A DNA stretch of 32,000 bases from Nitrososphaerota archaeon (GCA_016871995.1 VHBL01000002.1:60001-92000), one strand, 5' to 3'; numbered from the stretch's first letter, positions 17,062 through 25,549 are shown. Numbers and translations: made by a program. Notes: generated from the sequence alone by a model not told the origin.

Positions 17062-19284
17062 ATGACAAAACAGATAACTCTGTTAAGTCTGATTGTGGCA
17101 ACGATCCTACTGACTTCAACGATACCTGCGTTTTCACAAGCACAAGTTCCAGGCGCAAATTGGGAAATGGCCAATTATGCCACCAATGGTGGCAGTTACA
17201 GTCCGCAGACACAGATAACTAGAGATAACGTACAATATCTAGAGACGAAGTGGGTCTTGCCGTTCCAATTGCTCCCGCAGATAAAAGGAGGCATCTCCAA
17301 CCCAACACCAGGAGCTATGAGCCCCCCGATAATTGTGGATGGCAAAGTCTACGTGGTGAAAAATAGTGGCCACATACTCGCAATAGACGCACAGACAGGT
17401 AAACAGATTTGGATGAGTCAGGGGTACTCCAATGTAAACTGGACAGCTTTTCAAGGGCGGTATCCTTGGATGGCCCCATACGCTGGCCACATCCATGCGA
17501 TGTACCACTATTCGGAAAAGGGCTGGCTCATGGTGAACAACAACTCTTGCTTTGCAAGAGCATGGAATATCAAAGATGGATCAGTAGCATGGGAGATGGG
17601 GCCTGAGCAGCTCTGCGGGACAAATGAGCAGATGGGTAACCCTGTTCTTGCGGCAAGGACTGCGGGGAGGGAAGGTATAGGCTCTCTAGGAAACCAAGGA
17701 TATATGGGCTCAAGGAGCAATCCACCAGCATTCTTGGGTAACATAATGGTCTGGCCATCTACTGGGGTTAGTGGTCAGGGAGGCAGATCAAGTATGATAG
17801 GCTTCGACATGAGCGATCCAAAGAATCCAAGGCAATTATGGAGGACATGGGTAGCGCCTCCAGCTCAAGGAGATCCAAATTGGGCCATTGACCAATGCAA
17901 GATTGCCAATGGAAATGGATGGTACTTCGAAGCGCCAAGGTTCTTCGAAACCCCTGGCTACAAGGCTACAAGGTGCACTGAAGTTCCAGATGATGTAGTA
18001 AGAAATGATTGGATTAACATGATACCAAACACTCCTCACTTCGGGAAGTTGCATACGGCAAGTTCGGTAACTTCCATCTGGGGCCATATGCCACTTGACC
18101 CAGAACTTGGACTAGTATATCTTGGATTTGGTGACTTGGGACCATATCCAAATTCGACATTCAAGTATGGGCCAAATCTGCATGGAAGCGGCTTTGTAGC
18201 GCTCGATGTCAGGACTGGCGCCCTCAAATGGTGGTTCGCAGCTAATCCTCACGATCTATGGGACTATGACTGCTCATGGGGCGGGATACTTGGAGAGGCA
18301 GCTGGTAAGAAGGTCTACATAAAGGCCTGCAAGAACGGAATAGTGTATGTATTGGACAGAGCTACTGGAGAGCCAGTATGGGTCTTTGATTCACCAACGA
18401 ACTGGAGGAGTACTCCAAACTGGAACTATGGTGTTGATAAGTCTGGAAATCCTAGGAGTCCAGATGCATGTTGCAGGATGACAAAGGAGCATATGAGCAA
18501 GCCATGGATGCACTATCCGAGCGAAGCACCAATTATAGGGCCTCAGGCATGGGCCTACATCGAATCAGACATAGCATATGATCCAACAAGAAAAGTGGTG
18601 TATGCAGGCACCTTCAACGCTATGCGGGAGTTGAAAATCACTAATTACAGAGACTTTGGTAACCAAGGCCAAACTACTAAAGCTAACGTGCATCCACACA
18701 ACGCAACTATAAACGCCTATGATATGAACACTGGAAAGATAAAATGGATGTACGGGCCCATTGATGGCGGCGGATTCAGAGGAGGCATTATGACCACTGG
18801 AGGCATGGTGATAGCATACATGAATGATGGGAACATTCACGTCGTCGACGCTGAAACTGGCCAACTGGTACGCAAAATGTTCTTTGGGCATCCTGTAAAT
18901 GTCATGCCGACGATAGGAGCTGACAAGAACGGGAAGTTCAAGCTCTTCATCTATGTAGGGGGCTCAGGCATACAGAGGTTCAACCCCGTTCAGATGGCTG
19001 ATCTGGAAGGCAGCTTGGTAGCATATGGATTGCCCGACAAACTCCCACAGCCTGAAGTAATCACAAAGGAAGTCATCAAGGAAGTAGTCAAAGAAGTACC
19101 AAAGGAAGTCATCAAGGAAGTAGTCAAAGAAGTACCAAAGGAAGTCATCAAGGAAGTAGTCAAAGAAGTACCAAAGGAAGTAACAGTAGAAACTATCAGT
19201 CCTATTTCGTATGCAGCGATAGGAATTGGAGTAGTAATGATAGTCATATCTGGAATACTATTCAGTAGAAGGAAGAAGGCATAG
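17062..19284 (+). CDS. PQQ-repeat beta-propeller protein (quinoprotein dehydrogenase-like), secreted, with a repeat stalk and C-terminal TM anchor
   Basis: A signal-like N-terminus is present. Repeated PQQ-type blades are visible: PIIVDGKVYVVKNSGHILAIDAQTGKQIW, GIVYVLDRATGEPVW, INAYDMNTGKIKWMY, GNIHVVDAETGQLV. The C-terminus is (KEVIKEVVKEVP)x3 followed by IGIGVVMIVISGILFSRRKKA. Confidence 0.7.
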   Translation: MTKQITLLSLIVATILLTSTIPAFSQAQVPGANWEMANYATNGGSYSPQTQITRDNVQYLETKWVLPFQLLPQIKGGISNPTPGAMSPPIIVDGKVYVVKNSGHILAIDAQTGKQIWMSQGYSNVNWTAFQGRYPWMAPYAGHIHAMYHYSEKGWLMVNNNSCFARAWNIKDGSVAWEMGPEQLCGTNEQMGNPVLAARTAGREGIGSLGNQGYMGSRSNPPAFLGNIMVWPSTGVSGQGGRSSMIGFDMSDPKNPRQLWRTWVAPPAQGDPNWAIDQCKIANGNGWYFEAPRFFETPGYKATRCTEVPDDVVRNDWINMIPNTPHFGKLHTASSVTSIWGHMPLDPELGLVYLGFGDLGPYPNSTFKYGPNLHGSGFVALDVRTGALKWWFAANPHDLWDYDCSWGGILGEAAGKKVYIKACKNGIVYVLDRATGEPVWVFDSPTNWRSTPNWNYGVDKSGNPRSPDACCRMTKEHMSKPWMHYPSEAPIIGPQAWAYIESDIAYDPTRKVVYAGTFNAMRELKITNYRDFGNQGQTTKANVHPHNATINAYDMNTGKIKWMYGPIDGGGFRGGIMTTGGMVIAYMNDGNIHVVDAETGQLVRKMFFGHPVNVMPTIGADKNGKFKLFIYVGGSGIQRFNPVQMADLEGSLVAYGLPDKLPQPEVITKEVIKEVVKEVPKEVIKEVVKEVPKEVIKEVVKEVPKEVTVETISPISYAAIGIGVVMIVISGILFSRRKKA
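19069..19176 (+). repeat. Perfect 3 x 36-bp tandem repeat inside the PQQ-propeller gene
   Basis: gaagtcatcaaggaagtagtcaaagaagtaccaaag occurs at 19069-19104, 19105-19140 and 19141-19176 with no mismatch. It is flanked by degenerate partial copies and is in frame (EVIKEVVKEVPK x3). Confidence 0.95.
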
Positions 19285-19305
19285 TACTAGATCGGCAGAT
19301 TAGGA

Positions 19306-19371
19306 GGGGTAGGTGTATGGTTCCATGGGAGATCCATGGACGCTAGCCGAGTCATGAAACACACCTGCCCC
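19306..19371. other. 66-nt nested inverted-repeat element (possible structured RNA or terminator)
   Basis: The outer stem pairs GGGGTAGGTGT (19306-19316) with ACACCTGCCCC (19361-19371): 11 bp including one G-T pair. The inner hairpin is TCCATGG-GAGAT-CCATGGA (19322-19340). The element starts 22 nt after the stop of the PQQ-propeller gene. Confidence 0.35.
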
Positions 19372-20322
19372 ATGCCAATCTTGATTAAGTTTCGAATAGT
19401 TAACCGTTAAGTTTCCTTCAAAACTGATAATCCTTTAGTTAATGGAAATCCCGAACAACCTGCTAGGCAGATTTAATTAATTAGTAATGGTAGAACAATC
19501 AAACAATCTTAAAGTTAACAGCGTAAACGTCAATCATTGACATAGCAGATGTTGACGAGATTCACGAATAGATAAAGAACCTACCGACTTCCGCAGGGGT
19601 ATTTGATAAAGATGACCAATAATAAATCAAGATTAAGGTCAATTCTTAATCATTCGGGTTTCGCTTCGATATAGCTGGATTGGACGTATTGATCTAGGTT
19701 TTCTTCAAACAGACGAACTCTTTCTCTTAGCTTTGATATTCCTTCTTCCCTAGATATAATCACTGTTGATTCGCCCGTCCCCAAAGAGGGGGTGGACTAG
19801 TTCTGGTCTTCTTTAATATTTTGCCAAGGCCAATTCACCTGACTTGCCAAAGATTAGATAGCTCAATAGAGGGCATCTGCTCTGACATAATGGGTTTAAC
19901 AAAACTCGACTGGAATTCTTCGAAATTTTGTACCCGAATGCCAGTAACAATTGGGGTTTCAAGGAAGGTGGGTGCAGTTATGGCTGAAATGGTCACTAGC
20001 ATTGTGTGGACGAATGCCATACTTAGCTTTCCTATTGGCTTTCTACTTGCTGGTTTGATTGTTCTGGTGTCGACTATAGGCGGAACTCCGATTAACTTAG
20101 CTAAGGAGCTCGGCACCCTTGAGCCAGATTCGTAGGAGTTTACTTCTTCCCAGGTTTCTTTGCAGCTTTCTTCTTAGCCATTCCAGACTTAGTTGCGTCC
20201 TGAGTTTATTAGCACAATGAATGATGGATCTATCCTGCTGTCGGGATTGCGATAGTGGCTGTGGTAGTGGCTGCGGTTGTGGTAGTGAGGAAGAAGAGCG
20301 GCTGAGTTCTATTCATACCCTT

Positions 20323-21381
20323 CTATAGATTAACTAGTTGGTTGTTTAGCATAACTTGAAACCTGTTGCTCCGAGCCTCATCTCTTAGGTGCTGAAAGAC
20401 CTTCTCCTTTTTCAAATCTTCTGATTTCAGGTCTGAACCAGTCGTGAGCAGTAACACGGGAATTGGTATAGCCTGCTCAGAGTCCACCTTTACATTTCGC
20501 AGATTTGTGTAAAGAATCATCCTCAGTAAGCCATCTTTGATGTCTTCGAGAGAAGGTAGATGAGATGTTTTGGTGTGCTTTCCCTCGATTAGAAGTATCT
20601 TGCCGTTTTCTCTGCGTGCCTCGTCCACTGTAAAGAAATAATTCCCGCCCAGATAGTTCTTAATGGTTATTGATGCCTTAACTCCTGATAACTTCTCCTT
20701 TGGTTGAACCGTAACTACCTCGCGATTTTGAGCTTTCTCCGCTAGCTCCCGTGATAAAGGCAGGAAAACATCTCTACCTTTGACAAGTTCTGAAATTCTT
20801 TTCCTTGCAGATTCTGCTGAATGCATTTTGATATTTAGAGCATGGGATATGCTGCCGTACGACCGCAAGGCCATATTCGCTAATTCCCCAACCTTGTCAA
20901 TCTGTGTCATATTCCAATGAAGAGCGTCGGATTGGTAATAGAGCAGTTCACCTAATTGTGCCTTTAGATAATCCACATCATACCTCTGGTTCGTGATTTT
21001 GTTCCTATAGTCTGGATTTTTGGTTGCAGATTTGTAGTACGCTATTATCACATATACTCCAAGTAGGCTCATTAACGAAACTGTGTCCCATTGTAGGAAA
21101 TCCCTATCACCGTCTTTGCCTTCGTCCTTGAAAATCGGGATTATCGTAACCTTCTTACCTTGAAAAGTTAATGTATCATAAAGCCTTGCATATGGATAGG
21201 ATCTAGTGCGCTTAGCTGATACCCACCAACTTACAGCGAATATCTTGCCTCCATCCATTTCAAGAAGAAATGATGCGTCTGTCGATAGCGCTCTTGCCAA
21301 TTCGGATAGCGGATATTTGCGGAGCTCTCTTGGCAGTTTCGGTATATACTTTATTCCAGTAATCTCAGCCGTAATCTTCAT
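20323..21381 (-). CDS. Putative type II restriction endonuclease (PD-(D/E)xK-like core)
   Basis: The 352-aa ORF starts 4 nt after the methyltransferase stop on the same strand. The C-terminal FFTVDEARRENGKILLIEGKHTK gives a D...E-x-K spacing typical of PD-(D/E)xK nucleases. No other family was recognised. Confidence 0.5.
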   Translation of the reverse strand: MKITAEITGIKYIPKLPRELRKYPLSELARALSTDASFLLEMDGGKIFAVSWWVSAKRTRSYPYARLYDTLTFQGKKVTIIPIFKDEGKDGDRDFLQWDTVSLMSLLGVYVIIAYYKSATKNPDYRNKITNQRYDVDYLKAQLGELLYYQSDALHWNMTQIDKVGELANMALRSYGSISHALNIKMHSAESARKRISELVKGRDVFLPLSRELAEKAQNREVVTVQPKEKLSGVKASITIKNYLGGNYFFTVDEARRENGKILLIEGKHTKTSHLPSLEDIKDGLLRMILYTNLRNVKVDSEQAIPIPVLLLTTGSDLKSEDLKKEKVFQHLRDEARSNRFQVMLNNQLVNL

Positions 21382-21385
21382 AAAA

Positions 21386-22324
21386 TCAACTGGTAGCTAC
21401 GCTTTCTTTCTGCTTGACAATTTTCTGGAGGCTGGTTCGATAGTGTGCAGCATCAGCTCTTTCAACAATTTCGGTTTTGTCATTTGAGAGAGTAGATTGT
21501 CTGATGCCAAGCTTCTCCGCAATGATAGGTTTCAATTCCAAATCCAGTTCGTAACCGAATGAATTTCTTCCAAGCTCTTTCGCAACTTTCAGCGTCGTTC
21601 CCGAACCTGCAAATGGATCTAAAACATTCTCGCCCACAAATGTAAAGAGCTTGATTAGTCGTCTGGGAATTTCGTCGGGGAAAGCCGCAATACCTTCTTC
21701 TAACCTGCCCTTCATCGGCAATACATTCGTAATTTGCCATGTATCTGGAATCGCTTTCCTTTCACCCGCGATATCGTCCCAAACTGTGAAAGGTATACTC
21801 CTCCCGTTGAACTCTTTAACATCAATCCTAGACGCTTCGACTACTTCAGAGGAAAGTTTCTTCAAATAAGAATAGTCGAACCTGCCCTTCTGAAAAATCA
21901 GAATACTTTCCTGCATGTTATCTGGATAGAAATACATTGGGTATGGATGCTGCAGCAAAACACCGCTTCTTCGACTGATACGAACATATCCCTTGGGCTT
22001 CATCCAAACAATTCTATCCCTATACCTGAATCCAGCTCGCGTCATGATTTTGGTTATGTCAGCAACGACTGGAAATTTTTCTCCGTCTACCAACATGTCA
22101 TCCACCACGAAGCAACATACCCTACCCTGGGCTACAACCCTCTTCAGTTCCTTCGCTACTCCTTTGATGAGGTCTAAGAAATCCTTGTATGTTTTGAAAA
22201 AATCTGGATAATCAAAAGGAGCATTGAAATACGGAGGGGACGTGACCACAAGATGAATGCTATTTTTGGGTAGCTCCTTCATGCTAAGAGCATTACCAAA
22301 TATTACTTTGTGAGCAGTCCCCAT
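21386..22324 (-). CDS. Beta-class N4/N6 DNA methyltransferase (SPPY motif, probably N4-cytosine)
   Basis: Motif IV VVTSPPYFNAPFDY is near the N-terminus and motif I LDPFAGSGTTLKVAKELGRNSFGYELD is near the C-terminus. This is the circular permutation of the N6_N4 MTase (beta) group. Confidence 0.85.
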   Translation of the reverse strand: MGTAHKVIFGNALSMKELPKNSIHLVVTSPPYFNAPFDYPDFFKTYKDFLDLIKGVAKELKRVVAQGRVCCFVVDDMLVDGEKFPVVADITKIMTRAGFRYRDRIVWMKPKGYVRISRRSGVLLQHPYPMYFYPDNMQESILIFQKGRFDYSYLKKLSSEVVEASRIDVKEFNGRSIPFTVWDDIAGERKAIPDTWQITNVLPMKGRLEEGIAAFPDEIPRRLIKLFTFVGENVLDPFAGSGTTLKVAKELGRNSFGYELDLELKPIIAEKLGIRQSTLSNDKTEIVERADAAHYRTSLQKIVKQKESVATS

Positions 22325-22350
22325 ACTATCACTTCTGGCTTTCCTTTTGG

Positions 22351-22357
22351 TATATAA
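22351..22357 (-). promoter_or_regulatory. TATA-like box for the methyltransferase/endonuclease operon
   Basis: Minus-strand TTATATA is centred about 30 nt upstream of the ATG (22324). This implies a leaderless or near-leaderless transcript. Confidence 0.4.
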
Positions 22358-22604
22358 TTGTATGATTCTGCCAAGCAGGCTAGGAAACTTCGCTTCTTAG
22401 AGAGCTTAATCTATCCAGATAATGAATAGTTGATGTGTTGGAAGAGGTATCAATATCGAAAAAGAGGCCTTAGGTTCATCTCTCTTTACCCCACAATTTA
22501 GATAATTTGGCTGGGTCTTCAGAAAGAAACTCGAAAAGGCTACAGGAGTCAGGCTAGGACCATCCTTAAAACAATCCCATGAAACTAGGGGTCAGAATCT
22601 AGGA

Positions 22605-24380
22605 ATGAAATTCTGCCCGGTGTGTAGCAGCCGAATGAAACTCATTGGAGGTACGAGTTTCGTCTGTGTTAGATGCGGAAACAGAGACGTAGGAGAAAGC
22701 CGAGCACGGCAGGAGCCCATTACATTGAGAAATTGTTTTCCGTTCAAATCTGTTAGACCATCTCAGGAGGCCATCCTTAAGGAATTAGAGGCAGTTTTAC
22801 AATCCAAGAAGTTTATCATCCTAGAGGCACCTGTAGGTTTCGGAAAGTCTGCTGTCGCTGTAGCACTCTGCAAATACCTTGGCTCAGCTCACATACTCAC
22901 GGCTACAAAGCAGCTTCAAGATCAATATTCCAGTAATTTCCATTATCCAACGATCAAAGGTAAAGGTAACTTCCAATGCCATGTCAGGACAACATCTGGG
23001 GCTCTATTGCCCTGTAGTATGGGCAGATGCTTGGTCGATTGGGATCTGAACGATTGTCCTCATTACCTATCATTTGAGGAATACAAACAGCACAAGAACA
23101 ACTCTTGCAGTAGAGATTCAAAATGCGAACATCTCAAGGATAGAAAACAATGCACGTACTATGAACAGAAGTGGTACGGCCTTATGAGTCCAGTTGCTGT
23201 CTACAACTATTCTTTTCTCCTTAGCGAGTTGAAGTACGCCAAGAACGTTCCCAAGAAGAAGTTACTGGTATGTGACGAAGCTCACGATCTAGAAAAGCAG
23301 ATAGTTGGTTTCGCATCATTCCAGCTAAAGAAGAGTAACTTGCAGCCATACCATGACGAGCTAAGGCCAGGCGAGGAGTTTGAGATTGCGCATAAAGGTC
23401 AAGACGACCCAGCAGCATGGCTGGATGTATTATCCAATGCGAAGGATCTGTTAGATGAATACCTCGGAATTCATAAGGAAGCTGACGAAGCGCAGGACAA
23501 GGTTGCGGTATGCAAGAACATGCTGGAATCTTTAGAGAGTTGTATGGATAGCATCAAAACGAACAGTACGAATTGGGTAGTCAACAACGTAAAGGTAAAC
23601 GGCAACCTCTCTGTTGAAGAGGTTACTTTTCAGCCATTAAACACCAGTAGTTACACATCACCTCTCTTCGAGATAGCTGATAAGGTTCTGATGATGTCAG
23701 CGACAATCTTTTCTGATGAAAGGCTGTACAAATCGCTTGGAATACTTGCTTCAGAAGCTGCTATCATCAGGGTTCAGGATTCAGCCTTTCCAGTTAAGAA
23801 TAGGCCAATTTACGCTTTGAATACTGCTGCCCTCAACAAAGCAAGCATGGATTCATCGCTCGAGAGTATTGCACTAGCCATTGACAAAATAATGGATCGC
23901 CATGCCAATGAAAGAGGCATTGTACATACGACTTCTTACACGCAGGCCAGGTATATTGTTGGACATGTTTCAGAGCCAAATAGAAAAAGGCTCATTAATA
24001 CAGAAGGCAGTTTTGACAGGTCAATTCTCATAAGGATGCATGGGGCGAGCGATGCTTCAGTCCTTATCTCTCCCAGCCTTCACGAAGGAGTAGATCTGAA
24101 AGATGATTTATCAAGGTTCCAGGTTATTGTGAAAGTGCCATATCCAGATCTTTCGGATAGAAGGACCAAGACTATACTCCAAATGGACAGGGCTTGGTAT
24201 GATTGGCAGACTGCCCAAAGGCTCGTACAAACCTATGGAAGAAGTGTTAGGAGTGAAACAGATCATGCAATTACATATGTCCTCGATTCGAACTTTACAA
24301 GATTTGTTAATACAAACAGGGACCTGTTCCCCAAGTATTTTCTTGATGCGATAAAAGTTGGGGAACCTTTCAGGAATTAG
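22605..24380 (+). CDS. XPD/Rad3/DinG-family (SF2, DEAH) helicase with N-terminal zinc ribbon and Cys-rich putative Fe-S insert
   Basis: The N-terminus is CPVCSSRMKLIGGTSFVCVRCGN. Walker A is EAPVGFGKS. A Cys cluster lies between motifs I and II (FQCH...LPCSMGRC...DCPHY...C...C...C). Further motifs are the DEAH box VCDEAHDL, MSATI, VHTTSY, SPSLHEGVDLKDD and motif VI QTYGRSVRSETDHA. Confidence 0.8.
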   Translation: MKFCPVCSSRMKLIGGTSFVCVRCGNRDVGESRARQEPITLRNCFPFKSVRPSQEAILKELEAVLQSKKFIILEAPVGFGKSAVAVALCKYLGSAHILTATKQLQDQYSSNFHYPTIKGKGNFQCHVRTTSGALLPCSMGRCLVDWDLNDCPHYLSFEEYKQHKNNSCSRDSKCEHLKDRKQCTYYEQKWYGLMSPVAVYNYSFLLSELKYAKNVPKKKLLVCDEAHDLEKQIVGFASFQLKKSNLQPYHDELRPGEEFEIAHKGQDDPAAWLDVLSNAKDLLDEYLGIHKEADEAQDKVAVCKNMLESLESCMDSIKTNSTNWVVNNVKVNGNLSVEEVTFQPLNTSSYTSPLFEIADKVLMMSATIFSDERLYKSLGILASEAAIIRVQDSAFPVKNRPIYALNTAALNKASMDSSLESIALAIDKIMDRHANERGIVHTTSYTQARYIVGHVSEPNRKRLINTEGSFDRSILIRMHGASDASVLISPSLHEGVDLKDDLSRFQVIVKVPYPDLSDRRTKTILQMDRAWYDWQTAQRLVQTYGRSVRSETDHAITYVLDSNFTRFVNTNRDLFPKYFLDAIKVGEPFRN

Positions 24381-24430
24381 AATTCTCATACTAGCGTGCG
24401 CTGCATGTTAACAATCATTACTATTTTATC

Positions 24431-24448
24431 TATAAAAAATTTTTAATA
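24431..24448 (+). promoter_or_regulatory. AT-rich TATA-like region upstream of the AbiEi-like gene
   Basis: TATAAAAA (24431-24438) and TTTTAATA (24441-24448) lie 35-45 nt upstream of the ATG at 24480. Confidence 0.3.
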
Positions 24449-24479
24449 GATGCTATTTGCACATAATGCTGGATAACAT

Positions 24480-25187
24480 ATGGTAAGTATCTATGGTACT
24501 GAAGGGCAACTTCTTGAGCATCTAGCCCTCCATGGACAGCTCAGCATTAGCCAACTCAAACGGGAGTCTGGTTTATCATATCCCACCGTATTTTACAGTA
24601 CTTCTTCCATTCCTATAGTTTCTTTCGAGAAAATAGGTAAAGAAAAGAAAGCGAGGATTAGAGATGATGTCATCGATATCGTCTATCCTTTTCTAATATC
24701 TATGCAAACTAGCAAGGAGAAGAGGGTGCAACTGGCGATAGCCTATCTCGCCAGAAAAGGACTTGATAAGCCGCTAATCGGCGGCGAGCTAGCTCTTCAG
24801 ATGCAGCTATATGTAAAGGATGCGGAACCTGATCCTCAAGTCGAAATTAGGACAAGCCATCCCTCAAAGCTTCGCAATTATCTTAAGAAAGCTCTACAAG
24901 GTAAGATCTGCACAGAACTACTATCAAGTATACAAATAGTCCGCGATAGCTACCTGTCACCTGCAACACGCATGGGACTGATATCGGTATCGAAGCCTGA
25001 AAAACTACTAGTTGATGCTATAGCCGAACATAAACCAGCAGTATTAATTGAGAATATTGCAGAAGCGATTGTAAACTCTTCACGAGCGATTAATACCAAA
25101 TTGCTAGAGTCATATGCTGGGATGCGGGGCGTCTTGAAAGAAACACAAAATGAAATAAAGAAAGCGCAGGAGTCTGGCTTCCCATAG
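24480..25187 (+). CDS. AbiEi-like antitoxin/transcriptional regulator (N-terminal wHTH)
   Basis: The N-terminal LLEHLALHGQLSISQLKRESGLSYPTV is a wHTH. The C-terminal GLISVSKPEKLLVDAIAEHKP...LLESYAGMRG resembles the AbiEi C-terminal domain pattern (vS-pE-tLlDll ... l-yA). It is followed by an AbiEii-like ORF. Confidence 0.5.
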   Translation: MVSIYGTEGQLLEHLALHGQLSISQLKRESGLSYPTVFYSTSSIPIVSFEKIGKEKKARIRDDVIDIVYPFLISMQTSKEKRVQLAIAYLARKGLDKPLIGGELALQMQLYVKDAEPDPQVEIRTSHPSKLRNYLKKALQGKICTELLSSIQIVRDSYLSPATRMGLISVSKPEKLLVDAIAEHKPAVLIENIAEAIVNSSRAINTKLLESYAGMRGVLKETQNEIKKAQESGFP

Positions 25188-25222
25188 TTTCAAACAGTCA
25201 GATACGTCAGATTGCCCAGAAG

Positions 25223-25549
25223 TTGGGCTTTAACGAAGCGTTTGTCGAGAGAGAATATCACCTTATGGTGACTATCGAAGATCTCCGTCAGAGGGGCTTA
25301 ATGAATGAAAACCCACTCTGTTTGGGAGGTGGTCATGGAGCTAGGGCGTATCTGCCTGTGGACCTCCAGCGATTCAGTATTGATTTGGATTTCTATTCAA
25401 ATTGTGGGGACATCCATGACATTAAGAATGACCTATCAAAAGTACCAGGTTTCAAGGTCATAGGTTACGGAGAACAGACTGAAGGACGATTCAAGAGGTA
25501 CGACTCATTGCCACCCAAAAGCCTCAAAAATGTACAATTGCTTTCATAA
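25223..25549 (+). pseudogene. AbiEii/AbiGii-family nucleotidyltransferase toxin, N-terminal fragment only (about 108 of an expected 230-300 aa)
   Basis: IAQKLGFNEAFVEREYHLMVTIEDL and CLGGGHGARAYLPVDLQRFSIDLDFYS match the family opening (ia-g-ieKDy...L and GGtAl...R-S-DlDf). The ORF stops at 25549, where it collides with a convergent minus-strand ORF ending at 25544. There is no canonical start upstream of the TTG at 25223. Confidence 0.6.

Noticed and set aside
19069-19176. The 36-bp x3 repeat considered as a CRISPR array
   Set aside because: The units are directly adjacent with no spacers and are in frame within a coding sequence. No cas genes or other repeat-spacer pattern appear anywhere in the window.
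19331-19350. gatccatg...gctag similarity to the D-arm region of tRNA-Arg (30191-30205) considered as a tRNA fragment or att remnant
   Set aside because: Only 8 + 5 matching nucleotides, interrupted and in the wrong part of the tRNA (5' half). This is compatible with chance.
19650-19784. Minus-strand ORF of 37-44 aa (GESTVIISREEGISKLRERVRLFEENLDQYVQSSYIEAKPE), possibly antitoxin-like
   Set aside because: It is below any reliable length, has only GTG/TTG starts, and shows no recognisable motif. It was kept out of the feature list.
20140-20181. Lys-rich mini-ORF MAKKKAAKKPGKK on the minus strand
   Set aside because: Only 13 codons with no recognisable promoter or ribosome-binding context. It lies in a fragment-rich region and is not supportable.
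20230-20316. 28-codon minus-strand ORF (MNRTQPLFFLTTTTAATTTATIAIPTAG) and the imperfect 12-nt repeat TGGTAGTGGCTG (about 20251-20290) downstream of the endonuclease gene
   Set aside because: A short, degenerate, low-complexity repeat, and the ORF is an artefact-sized product of it. There is no supporting signal.
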